IMG/VR virus record: IMGVR_UViG_3300027792_000010
DNA from: a virus
Strand: one strand, 5' to 3'
Length of the DNA: 64,000 nucleotides
Below the pieces are notes generated by a model. The model ran no database searches, was not told where the DNA came from, and worked only from the letters and a program-made list of their open reading frames with translations. The position numbers and the translations under genes are program-made. Below are positions 16,332 to 24,598 of the stretch, one piece after another. Each line of letters opens with the position of its first letter. Positions within the stretch are counted from its first letter, which is position 1.

Positions 16332-16534
16332 GGGTTGAAAGATATCTCATGGTTCTTTTTGAAGAAGTCGTAAAAAACATTCCAAAAATCATGTTGTAAC
16401 CAAGATTTCATGCAGGCTCAAACTTTCTATACGCTTTTCAGGTTTGACTCAGTTTACTTTTCCCCAACAAGTTAAACAGCAAAAAAGCCATCATATGTTT
16501 CATCCTGACTTAGTGTGTGAGTGCTTAGACAATC

Positions 16535-17179
16535 TTGATTTCAGCAGCTATGAATACCCCTACCTTTATTAATAAAGTTCTAATACAATCTCCATCTAAA
16601 AATAACAGTATAAAAAAGAAGGCCCAGGTAGGGCCTTCTCCTACTTCTTTATTGAGGGATGGTACTATGTCATTTGAAAAAGCTTTAGAATTTGTACTTC
16701 GCTGGGAAGGCGGCTATGTAAATCACCCCTCAGATCCTGGTGGTGAAACTAATAAAGGAATTATAAAAAAAGAGTATAATAAGTATAGGTCAGAGAAATC
16801 TTTACCTTTACGCTCTGTTAAAGGGATAGAGGATTCAGAAGTAAAAGATATTTATGAAAATAAATATTGGAAAGTTGGGCACTGTGATGTAATGGGCGAT
16901 AAACTATCTATAGTTCATTTTGACTCTGTTGTTAATACAGGAATCACCCAAGGGGCTAAATTCCTACAACGTTGTTTGAAGGTTAAGGATGATGGAGTTG
17001 TAGGCCCTGAAACGATTAAGGCTTTGACAGTCTCTAACCAGGATTCTTTGGTATCCGAATATATAGGACAAAGAAAAGCTTTCTATCATAAAATTATTAA
17101 GGTGAATCCTAAATTACAGGTATTTCTTAAGGGCTGGTTAAGGAGAATAGATGCTTTAGAAAAAATAGTATCAGAATGA
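16535..17179 (+). CDS. Glycoside hydrolase family 108 lysozyme with C-terminal peptidoglycan-binding domain (start may be ATG 16667)
   Basis: EGGYVNHPSDPGGETNKGI, DGVVGPET, FLKGWLRRI. Confidence 0.88.
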   Translation: MISAAMNTPTFINKVLIQSPSKNNSIKKKAQVGPSPTSLLRDGTMSFEKALEFVLRWEGGYVNHPSDPGGETNKGIIKKEYNKYRSEKSLPLRSVKGIEDSEVKDIYENKYWKVGHCDVMGDKLSIVHFDSVVNTGITQGAKFLQRCLKVKDDGVVGPETIKALTVSNQDSLVSEYIGQRKAFYHKIIKVNPKLQVFLKGWLRRIDALEKIVSE

Positions 17180-17278
17180 TATATTTTCGCTATTTTCTGT
17201 GGGCGCATCTTATTAATAATCTACAAATACTACTACTTATTAGTAGATAGTTAGGTCACTTATTAAGGAGTATTTCAT

Positions 17279-17830
17279 ATGCTGCCTAAAATTTCTTCTA
17301 TACTTGATGCCATTGCCGACTCTCTTGAGGCCAAAGGTTTTATTAAAGAAGCCTATGAGATTGATAAAATTGCTGATGCTATTGAAAAACTATCTTGGGA
17401 TATAGATGAAAAACCTTTAATAGTTAAGGTTAAACCTAACAGTACTATACAAGCAGACACATTACTACTCATAGGACAACTTAAAAAAGATATAGCAAAG
17501 GCTCTAAAGGATATAGCATGGGATGCTTCGAACGCTTATACAAATTATTATGATCAAGCAACTGATAAAACTAAAGAGTTAAAATCCAGACTTAGATCTG
17601 AATTAGAAAAAGCTAAAGTTAGGATATGGTCTAAAAATAATCTTTTTAGTGGCTTGGACGTTGATTCTTGGAAATCAGGTAATTATTATGATATCTCTAC
17701 AATATATGACATAGGTGAAGAGATTAGATCCAATATGAAGGGATTTGCAAAGCATAAAAAATCTGTAAAGGGGTTAAATTTACTGGATCTTATAGCAGAA
17801 ACCTATGATAAATCAAATCCATCATTGTAG
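17279..17830 (+). CDS. Hypothetical protein with N-terminal KEA motif
   Basis: LDAIADSLEAKGFIKEAYEIDKIADAIE; AAGGAG SD. Confidence 0.65.
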   Translation: MLPKISSILDAIADSLEAKGFIKEAYEIDKIADAIEKLSWDIDEKPLIVKVKPNSTIQADTLLLIGQLKKDIAKALKDIAWDASNAYTNYYDQATDKTKELKSRLRSELEKAKVRIWSKNNLFSGLDVDSWKSGNYYDISTIYDIGEEIRSNMKGFAKHKKSVKGLNLLDLIAETYDKSNPSL

Positions 17831-17901
17831 TACTAGTGTCAAAGAGCCTCTGTCTTAATTTCTTCGCGCTCGCCTAAATACTCTCAAGCGGGGCGAATTT
17901 C

Positions 17902-18039
17902 TTACAACGTTCACTGCACAGCCGATAGTTGCCGCAAATCCTGGATAAGAAACACAACTTGCCGACTATCCAAACCGTTACTTTTAGCAGCCTCAAGTTG
18001 CTTTGCAAGAGCGGCAATTTTGGCTTGCAATTGTTGTAG
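17902..18039 (-). repeat. attC-like site (CTACAAC ... GTTGTAA)
   Basis: Stem ATTGCA-AGCC..TTGCCGC / GCGGCAA..GGCT-G-TGCAGT. Confidence 0.6.
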
Positions 18040-18138
18040 GCTGTTTAAAACAGGCTCAACATCAGCCACGTAATAAAACAACCCCTCACTTGTTTGGTAA
18101 GGACATCCGTTATGAAAATCAATTTTTTTTAAAGACAT
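17911..18138 (-). CDS. Cassette-encoded hypothetical protein reading through its attC-like site
   Basis: GGAG SD just after the core site; stop codon 3 nt before the next GTT core. Confidence 0.55.
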   Translation of the reverse strand: MSLKKIDFHNGCPYQTSEGLFYYVADVEPVLNSLQQLQAKIAALAKQLEAAKSNGLDSRQVVFLIQDLRQLSAVQ

Positions 18139-18162
18139 ATAATAACTCCAATTCTAAGTTGA

Positions 18163-18302
18163 ATACAACGGTTGATGTCTGTATGCTGTGCGGGGCCGAC
18201 GGTAGGGCGCTATACCTACACCTCCGGGTGTCCACTGTTTACCAACGGCGACCACTTATACAGTCTTCGCAGGCCCCACATAGCATACTGCATTTGTTAG
18301 GC
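18163..18302 (-). repeat. attC-like site (GCCTAAC ... GTTGTAT)
   Basis: Long stem GTATGCT-A-TGTGGGGCC / GGCCCCGCAC-AGCATAC. Confidence 0.7.
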
Positions 18303-18461
18303 GATTTAAGAAGTTGCCTCCGCAGTGTAAAGCGCATTGCCGCTTACTCAAGGCGACTGGACGTTTCGTTGCAAGCTTGCGACCTGTAACACGGTGTCTT
18401 ACTTCCGGTATGTAGAGTAATGCGCCTATAACCATAAAAGCAACCTCTTATTTCGCCCAAC
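18296..18461 (-). ncRNA. Structured 166-bp cassette B (possible ncRNA)
   Basis: Nested stems AAGAGGTTGC/GCAACTTCTT and GCGCATT/AATGCGC; same layout as 19431-19596. Confidence 0.45.
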
Positions 18462-18542
18462 GTTTGCCGCACAGATGCAGTGCGGTACGCCCAGGTTATG
18501 ATTTAACCGCATTGCACTCTTGCGGCTGTTGTTTGTCTGTGC
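18455..18542 (-). repeat. attC-like site (degenerate GCACAGAC ... GTTGGGC)
   Basis: Stem GCCGCA..TGCA.TGCGGT / ACCGCA.TGCA..TGCGGC. Confidence 0.6.
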
Positions 18543-18753
18543 TGGCCGTTTCCGCATTCTCCTGCGGCGCGTCTTCGATTTCTTCGACTTTTGTTTTAAT
18601 TGGGAACCAAAGGCGCCCCCCACCAAGGCCATCTTTTTCAAGCATTCTGCACACTGCTTCTGCTTGCTTTTTTGTTTCGTGAGTATCAGTTGTTTGGTTA
18701 TCACAAAAGCCGTGCATCGACTCCCATAGTGCTATTGACATATATCTTTTCAT
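18496..18753 (-). CDS. Cassette-encoded hypothetical protein
   Basis: AGGAG SD; stop codon lies inside the attC-like hairpin. Confidence 0.55.
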   Translation of the reverse strand: MKRYMSIALWESMHGFCDNQTTDTHETKKQAEAVCRMLEKDGLGGGRLWFPIKTKVEEIEDAPQENAETASTDKQQPQECNAVKS

Positions 18754-18806
18754 TCTTTTCTCCTGTTTTCGCGCTGCCTTTCAAATCAAAGAAAATTTCT
18801 AATTGC

Positions 18807-18941
18807 ACACAACGTCCGACAAACGTGTGAAGTGCTCATATCGCACCAAGCATAGATTGAAACTCTTCCTCGCACTTGCTGCAACGCACATTTACAACAT
18901 CAACGCCACACTGTGAGCATTTTACACTTTGTTTGTTGGTT
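18807..18941 (-). repeat. attC-like site (AACCAAC ... GTTGTGT)
   Basis: Inverse core CAACCAAC is the exact complement of this cassette's opening GTTGGTTG; stems GTGT/ACAC and TGCTCA/TGAGCA. Confidence 0.7.
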
Positions 18942-19057
18942 GTCTGTTGAGCGAGTTCCACAATTTTTTTTATGCGCTGTAACGCTTCGCGATGATGTGA
19001 CCAAGTGCCGCTATCGTTTGCAATTTTATCTAAAACTTCCAAATCTGCACTTAGCAT
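18836..19057 (-). CDS. Cassette-encoded hypothetical protein with C-terminal CxxC pairs encoded by the attC-like site
   Basis: GGAGG SD; CSQC and CSKC are translated from the hairpin region. Confidence 0.55.
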   Translation of the reverse strand: MLSADLEVLDKIANDSGTWSHHREALQRIKKIVELAQQTTNKQSVKCSQCGVDVVNVRCSKCEEEFQSMLGAI

Positions 19058-19089
19058 AAAACCTCCAATAAAATTAAGAGCGAAATTGC

Positions 19090-19152
19090 AACCAACGTTC
19101 TCGCAAATGTACGGTCGTTTTAATGCCGTACTTTGCGTGTTGGCTGTTGTTT
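19090..19152 (-). repeat. attC-like site (AAACAAC ... GTTGGTT)
   Basis: Stem CGCAAA-GTACGG / CCGTAC-A-TTTGCG with a single bulge. Confidence 0.65.
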
Positions 19153-19330
19153 ACTTGCGCTCCTTAGCTATCTGAGGTTTTGCGGCCTCCGATAGCACGA
19201 TACACCTTGCAACTCGCAGACCTTCCAAAACACCATCAAGATATGCAGAAGCATGATCGTACATTTTTACCACGTCTGGGCACTCTCCACTAAGCTCCGC
19301 AAGAACAGCTTCCCTTTCGATTAACACCAT
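19151..19330 (-). CDS. Cassette-encoded hypothetical protein (59 aa, MVLIEREAVLAELSGECP...)
   Basis: Read by hand; AGGAGG SD; TAA stop abuts the inverse core. Confidence 0.55.
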   Translation of the reverse strand: MVLIEREAVLAELSGECPDVVKMYDHASAYLDGVLEGLRVARCIVLSEAAKPQIAKERK

Positions 19331-19367
19331 AGCAAAACCTCCTATAATATAGCCGCAAGTAAATTGA

Positions 19368-19437
19368 CTACAACGTTTGACACATTATGAAGTTGCGCTT
19401 CGCAATTTACGAAGTGAACATAATGCGTTTGTTGTGC
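19368..19437 (-). repeat. attC-like site (GCACAAC ... GTTGTAG)
   Basis: Inverse core is the exact complement of the opening GTTGTGC; stem CATTATG/CATAATG; the inner stem pairs better on the + (bottom) strand through a G-T pair. Confidence 0.7.
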
Positions 19438-19596
19438 GATTTAAAAGGTTGCCTCCATACTGTTACTGTGTGCGCCCTGCGGTTTTCGATGTCTAACGGT
19501 ATGATATACATCCGCCACAATTGCGCCCCAGCATTATCCTATTCACGGTAAACGCACACCTCAAATACAAGAAAGCAACCTTTTATTTTGCACAAC
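19431..19596 (-). ncRNA. Structured 166-bp cassette A, no ORF identified (possible ncRNA)
   Basis: Nested stems AAAAGGTTGC/GCAACCTTTT and GTGTGCG/CGCACAC. Confidence 0.45.
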
Positions 19597-19666
19597 GTCT
19601 ATTATACGACAGTACCTTGTGTAACTCATTGATTTTCTTTTAGATAAAATTTTTGAAATTTCACTA

Positions 19667-19906
19667 TTATTTTGCCTTTTTAATAATGTATACAGTGTCA
19701 TGAACAATTTTAGGAGTGTGACACGAACAGCTTTCGGAATGAATTATGCATATACCGGATTGAGACGTACCGTTAGTAACAATAATATATTCATGACCCT
19801 TAATTTTATACGTATGGATACTACCAACCCCAGTATGACCTAATGAAGGCATCTGTTTAGATGAGCAAATAAATACTAAAGATAAAATAGTTATTATGGC
19901 TTTCAT
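19667..19906 (-). CDS. Small hypothetical protein with N-terminal signal/membrane segment
   Basis: Hydrophobic N-terminus; GHEYII..IIHSESCSC motif seen in small phage proteins. Confidence 0.55.
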   Translation of the reverse strand: MKAIITILSLVFICSSKQMPSLGHTGVGSIHTYKIKGHEYIIVTNGTSQSGICIIHSESCSCHTPKIVHDTVYIIKKAK

Positions 19907-20006
19907 ATAAGGGCTCCTCTTATTTTTGTTTTTAGCAAAGGACTATAATTCTCAAACCCACCTAATTATAACATAATATACTATTTGGAATAAAAAAAAA
20001 TAAAAA

Positions 20007-20930
20007 TTAATCTCTTCCCTTTTCGAGATTTAATATTTTTTTGTAGAGGATCAGCATTTCAGGGGTTATGACCTCAGGTGGCTTCTCAATGAAAATTACT
20101 TGTACTTTTCTTGTGAAGATGAAATTAGGTCTTTTGTCGTAGATAATAAACTCTGTTGCCTGGGGCGTAATATCGTACTTTAGGTTTTTACCAAACACTT
20201 CTATGAATCCATAATCTCCTATGAGTCTTTGGACGGGGGTTATTGGAATAAATGTAGTAAAGTAATCGCTGTCTATTTTAAATCTTTCATCTGGTTGTAT
20301 ATTAACTCTTATATGTACGTCTCCTCTTTTACCATTTATATCTTCATTACCTACACCTCTTAGTATCTCACCATGATACCAGTAGTGCTTTAAGTCTAAT
20401 CTAATTTTAAGATTTATAGATTCATTACTTACCCTATTACCCTTACAGTCCTTACATTTTGTACCTTCTAAGATACCAGTACCTTTGCAATATTGGCATG
20501 TTGTACTACCATTTAACATGCTAAGAATCTTATTATTTATACTTCCCTCACCTAAGCAGTAAGGGCATATCCCTTTTTCTTTTAACTCAGAGCCTGTACC
20601 CTCACAACTTTTACATCTATTATTTCTTACAACTGTTAGAATACGTTCCTTTTGGCAGTATACATCATCGAGGGTAGCGTTTATAGATACGTGTATAAAT
20701 CCTGAGGAAGGTCTTATGCTTTGCGGTTTTAGATCTATAAGAAGATTCTTATTATTTTCAAGATATGAAAAGGCAGTATTGATATTCTTGAATCTATCTT
20801 CAGCTTCTTTATCGCCTGGGTTTTTGTCTGGGTGATATTTCTTAGCGAGTTTACGCCATTGATCTTTGACATCATCAAAGGTGATAGGAGGGGAGAGTTC
20901 TAATGATTCTAATAAGTCTGAAATATCCAT
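20007..20930 (-). CDS. dnaJ: DnaJ-family co-chaperone
   Basis: J-domain HPD motif, four CxxCxGxG zinc repeats, C-terminal GDVHI. Confidence 0.9.
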   Translation of the reverse strand: MDISDLLESLELSPPITFDDVKDQWRKLAKKYHPDKNPGDKEAEDRFKNINTAFSYLENNKNLLIDLKPQSIRPSSGFIHVSINATLDDVYCQKERILTVVRNNRCKSCEGTGSELKEKGICPYCLGEGSINNKILSMLNGSTTCQYCKGTGILEGTKCKDCKGNRVSNESINLKIRLDLKHYWYHGEILRGVGNEDINGKRGDVHIRVNIQPDERFKIDSDYFTTFIPITPVQRLIGDYGFIEVFGKNLKYDITPQATEFIIYDKRPNFIFTRKVQVIFIEKPPEVITPEMLILYKKILNLEKGRD

Positions 20931-20974
20931 GTTATCTAATATACGAAAAAGGGAGGTCTCCCTCCCTTTATTTG

Positions 20975-21469
20975 TTATCTTGTTATACTTTTAGGGGCAT
21001 ATCTCAATAAGTCTGAGCCGAAAGTTCCTTTATAATCAGAAGAGAACGGGGAGTTATTAGTCAAATTAGGCTGAGTAACAACTCTAGGCACCTCAAAAGA
21101 TTTAAGTGCAGGGAGAGTACTAAGACTTTGTGTTGCTGAGTACCCTATCAGACGGATAACAAGGGGGGTATTGTAGAATTGTACCCCAAGATCCGATCTT
21201 GCCGTCCATATAAGCGTGTGGGCGGTTCCAGAAGTACCGAAAGTAAGACCTGTAGTAACTGACCCGCTTAATGCCATAGTTGTGTAGGTGACACCACCAT
21301 CAAGAGAATATTCGTAGTCTGTAATCTCTACATCGGATAAGGATGGGTTAGCAGTGCCTACATATGGAATAGTTAAGTTCTGAAAGTCAGCGCTTACAAT
21401 GGGACTACCTATCACAATTTTCAAAGCTATGCAATCAAGTACTGCAAGAAGGTCTTTATTATCAGCCAT
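20975..21469 (-). CDS. Putative virion structural protein
   Basis: Ser/Thr/Gly-rich beta-type composition, YSLDGGVTY motif; weak evidence. Confidence 0.4.
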   Translation of the reverse strand: MADNKDLLAVLDCIALKIVIGSPIVSADFQNLTIPYVGTANPSLSDVEITDYEYSLDGGVTYTTMALSGSVTTGLTFGTSGTAHTLIWTARSDLGVQFYNTPLVIRLIGYSATQSLSTLPALKSFEVPRVVTQPNLTNNSPFSSDYKGTFGSDLLRYAPKSITR

Positions 21470-21472
21470 ATA

Positions 21473-21856
21473 TTACTCCTCTTTCTTTATAGCTATGCCA
21501 GTTTTAGCAAGCTGTTTCTTTAGGGCTTTATCAAGAGCCTCTATCGTTTTTTTATCCTCAAGATTACTATATACGTCACCATGTAATATTTTAGCCGCGT
21601 CTTCATCATTAGGGTCATCTACTGGACCTAACGATATATTCTCTCTCTTATACACTACGAATGCTAAAAGAGTTCTTTTATCCTCAGGTATTATATCTGC
21701 AAGTGCATCTTTTTTATCATTTATATTCTTTTTCACAATACCAATCAGCTTAGGGCCTTTGCTATGCATAGTCCTTATATCGATATCATCAAGACCTATA
21801 CCCTTTTCAAGGATATCCGCTAATTTTCTTATTTTGGAACTTATTATTGTTTTCAT
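21473..21856 (-). CDS. Hypothetical protein with a weak KEA-like N-terminal motif
   Basis: ISSKIRKLADILEKG. Confidence 0.55.
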   Translation of the reverse strand: MKTIISSKIRKLADILEKGIGLDDIDIRTMHSKGPKLIGIVKKNINDKKDALADIIPEDKRTLLAFVVYKRENISLGPVDDPNDEDAAKILHGDVYSNLEDKKTIEALDKALKKQLAKTGIAIKKEE

Positions 21857-21859
21857 ATA

Positions 21860-22300
21860 TTATTCGTAGTCAAATACAAAACGATAGTTAATTGTCCCGC
21901 TACCAACTGCCTGAATATACCCTACCTGGGCATCCAACCAAACATATTCTGGTGCTGATGGGTTAAGAACTAGACCATCCGTAGCCAAAGCCGCGTCTGG
22001 AGCATAGAAGTCACTGACTCCTGATCTCTGAATAAAGTTATCGGAAAGGGCAGAACTTCCTGCAGCAATCCCAGGGATAAATGTCGCATTTTTGTACTTA
22101 CCGAATAAACTATTTGTAAATGATCCTCTGCTCTCAAGGAACAGGGCAAGATGCGTGAAATTAGTCTCAGTCGTTACTACTGGCTTAATTACTATCGGGG
22201 TAGAAGTATGATTACCCTGAATAGTTTTACCAAAATCTACGCCAGTAGCATCATCCACTAAAGGACTGCCTGTGGTTGGATTGTATGTCGTTATTTTCAT
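21860..22300 (-). CDS. Putative virion protein, paralog of 22316..22762
   Basis: Shared MKI..Y.P.TG start, Y(V/I)WLD.QVG and INYRF.F.Y end. Confidence 0.55.
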   Translation of the reverse strand: MKITTYNPTTGSPLVDDATGVDFGKTIQGNHTSTPIVIKPVVTTETNFTHLALFLESRGSFTNSLFGKYKNATFIPGIAAGSSALSDNFIQRSGVSDFYAPDAALATDGLVLNPSAPEYVWLDAQVGYIQAVGSGTINYRFVFDYE

Positions 22301-22315
22301 TTTGGTCCTACCTTG

Positions 22316-22762
22316 TTAGTTATACTCGAAAGTGAATCTATAGTTAATATTAGTTGTGCTACCTGTCTCAAGCGCACCTACTTGAACATCTAACCATATA
22401 TAATCTCCGTTACCGTTTCCATCTACGCTTACAGATATACCATCTACTCCAGTAGCCAAAGGATTAAGAGTAAAATGATCTGTTATAAAAACACCATCAG
22501 AGATGGTAGTATCAGAGGTATATGATCGTACATTAGCTACAAATTGGTCGCTGAGAAAATATCCAAACTGAGATTGATTATATCCGCCATTATTCTGTAG
22601 AAACAACTTAATTTCATCAAACGTATCCTCTGTTGTTATTAGAGGTCTAACTACTACAGGTAATGCTCCATGCTTACCCTTCTGTATATTACCATAATTT
22701 ATACCAGTAATATCATCCTGCAAAAGGTTTCCAGTCCTAGGGCTATATGCTCTAATTTTCAT
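22316..22762 (-). CDS. Putative virion protein, paralog of 21860..22300
   Basis: Same shared motifs; downstream of an AATAAT-type motif. Confidence 0.55.
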   Translation of the reverse strand: MKIRAYSPRTGNLLQDDITGINYGNIQKGKHGALPVVVRPLITTEDTFDEIKLFLQNNGGYNQSQFGYFLSDQFVANVRSYTSDTTISDGVFITDHFTLNPLATGVDGISVSVDGNGNGDYIWLDVQVGALETGSTTNINYRFTFEYN

Positions 22763-22824
22763 AAATGTCAGTCCAACAGAGTTTAATAGATTCTATTCTA
22801 TAACAAGCACATATTAATAAATTA

Positions 22825-23868
22825 TTACAGGTCTCTTTGGATGACCTCAAGGATGGAATTTAATCTGTGGGTATAAGAGTGCTTTAAAGCCACTTTTTTG
22901 TAAGCTTTGAATGCTGCTTCCTCTCGTAGCTTATCATCACCTAAATAGCGCTCTATTTGCTTTTGAAGGGTTTTGGAGTCAGAAAAGAAACCTACCTCAT
23001 CTTCTGTGAACACGTCCCTAGCTTCCGAACGGGTATCCTCCAACAATTGAAAACCCTGACACATACCGATCTCATAGGCGCGAGGATTTAAACTTTCCCC
23101 GATAAATCTACTTTTATTATTTGGGTTCTTTTGACTTCTTGTCTTAGGATTCCACTTTATATCTCTCATGATATTAACTACTATTTTAGAACCATTATAA
23201 TAATCTATAGTATCATTGTGGTCTATAGTATCATTTTTAACTACGTACTCCCATAAGGGTGAGCTTTTAGGCATATAGTTCATATGCCCTCCAAGTTTTA
23301 GATTTATATTATTAGCTTTAATAAAGGGTAAGACATCCTCAAACAGCTTACGCCTATTTGGGTACATAGCTCCTATAAATACTATGTCGCTGTGGAATTT
23401 AGGGTCTAATTGGTTCTTAGGTATCTTCTTACATTCAAAGTCATCTGCTGCCGTTGGACAGTAATAAACATTTTTGAACCTACTACTGTTAGCGATACTT
23501 CGCTCATTTGTGAAATAGTAATCTATGTTAGGGAGCTTTTCCATCATAGGTGACCAACAATGAGGGTCTTCAGTAGAGACTACTATCGTCTTAATGTCAT
23601 AAAAACTCTCTAAGATGAAATTTGGGATATTTAATCCGCCTATAAACATGACATGGGTGAACTCATTACTCTTTATCAGAGCAGTAGAGTGAGCCATACT
23701 GTAACAGATGGGAGGTTGAAGAAGCTGGTGAAAACCGTGAAAGGGGTAACCGTCGTGGTCTATCTCTAACTTTTGCATCGCCCTTAAATAACCATGGTAG
23801 ACATCTGTAAGGGCGAAAGGGGTAGGGTCAGAAACAAGAAATATTTTGATCTTATTTTTTGTCGGCAC
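22825..23868 (-). CDS. CgeB/YkvP-like GT-B glycosyltransferase
   Basis: DIVFIGAMYPNR, YNGSKIVVNI, LNPRAYEIGMCQGFQL, HSYTHR. Confidence 0.75.
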   Translation of the reverse strand: MPTKNKIKIFLVSDPTPFALTDVYHGYLRAMQKLEIDHDGYPFHGFHQLLQPPICYSMAHSTALIKSNEFTHVMFIGGLNIPNFILESFYDIKTIVVSTEDPHCWSPMMEKLPNIDYYFTNERSIANSSRFKNVYYCPTAADDFECKKIPKNQLDPKFHSDIVFIGAMYPNRRKLFEDVLPFIKANNINLKLGGHMNYMPKSSPLWEYVVKNDTIDHNDTIDYYNGSKIVVNIMRDIKWNPKTRSQKNPNNKSRFIGESLNPRAYEIGMCQGFQLLEDTRSEARDVFTEDEVGFFSDSKTLQKQIERYLGDDKLREEAAFKAYKKVALKHSYTHRLNSILEVIQRDL

Positions 23869-24247
23869 GAGTAGAAATCCTTACCTCACCGGAATCTTCC
23901 ATTACAGAAAAAACGTTCAGTAGTCCTTTTTCCCTATAACCGATATTCCTGGATATTATATTAATTTGTCGGCTATTCATATCGTAACAGCCCCTATGTG
24001 AAAAATGCCAATCATCTGCTGTAATATTTGGGAACTCTTCTTTAGACACATCAATTTTCTTCTCACCATTCCAGTATAGTTCTATCTTTTTGATGAGTTC
24101 TTTATTTATCTCTGACCAATTAGTGGCGCAGGTTTTGTTGAGAGTCTGACTAAAGAAATTTTCTTTTTCTCTTATTTTTCTTCCGTCTTCATAATGGACT
24201 ATGAATCCAGTGAATGTGCTTCTATTCTGATTTTCTTTTTGGGACAT
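23852..24247 (-). CDS. Hypothetical protein
   Basis: 131-aa ORF in the operon. Confidence 0.55.
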   Translation of the reverse strand: MSQKENQNRSTFTGFIVHYEDGRKIREKENFFSQTLNKTCATNWSEINKELIKKIELYWNGEKKIDVSKEEFPNITADDWHFSHRGCYDMNSRQINIISRNIGYREKGLLNVFSVMEDSGEVRISTRADKK

Positions 24248-24566
24248 GGAATTTTAATCTCTTTATTTTTGGTTTTTTGAACACAGGCTTCTTAAGTTTA
24301 GGATGCGTTATTTTCTTTTTATGAGTTAACCACGAAGGTCTCGTTCTCTTAAATAGCTTCTTAGTCTTATGTAATAGCTTACTTGGGGACTTCTGCCTCT
24401 TCCTTAAGTATTTAATCTTAGTACGGTGCCTTTTATAGTATAGTCTGGCTTTCATCCTATCTATAGGATTTCTTTTTTTAAATGTCTTTACTAATTTCCT
24501 TTTCAAGACGGCGGTAATTATACGTTTTACTATTTCTAGCATTTCAATATCCTTTGATAAATCCAA
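24222..24566 (-). CDS. Highly basic hypothetical protein
   Basis: Lys/Arg-rich 114 aa. Confidence 0.5.
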   Translation of the reverse strand: MDLSKDIEMLEIVKRIITAVLKRKLVKTFKKRNPIDRMKARLYYKRHRTKIKYLRKRQKSPSKLLHKTKKLFKRTRPSWLTHKKKITHPKLKKPVFKKPKIKRLKFHVPKRKSE

Positions 24567-24598
24567 TAACTTTACAGGGGAATCATATCAAAAGATTA

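Larger units (their letters stand above)
17902..19596 (-). mobile_element. Integron-like array of six gene cassettes with attC-like sites; no integrase in the window
   Basis: Seven GTT core sites at 19590-19596, 19368-19374, 19090-19096, 18807-18813, 18455-18461, 18163-18169 and 17902-17908. Each site after the first is preceded by an imperfect hairpin opening at an inverse core (mostly ..AAC). GC content is above the flanks. Confidence 0.7.

Noticed and set aside
18003-18830. Plus-strand and alternative-frame ORFs in the cassette array
   Set aside because: By-products of higher GC and palindromes. The SD-led minus-strand ORFs that start just after each core are preferred.
17902-19596. CRISPR array
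   Set aside because: The recurring CAACG cores are only about 7 bp, units are 220-350 bp and contain ORFs, and there are no identical 25-45-bp repeats or cas operon. An integron-like reading fits better.
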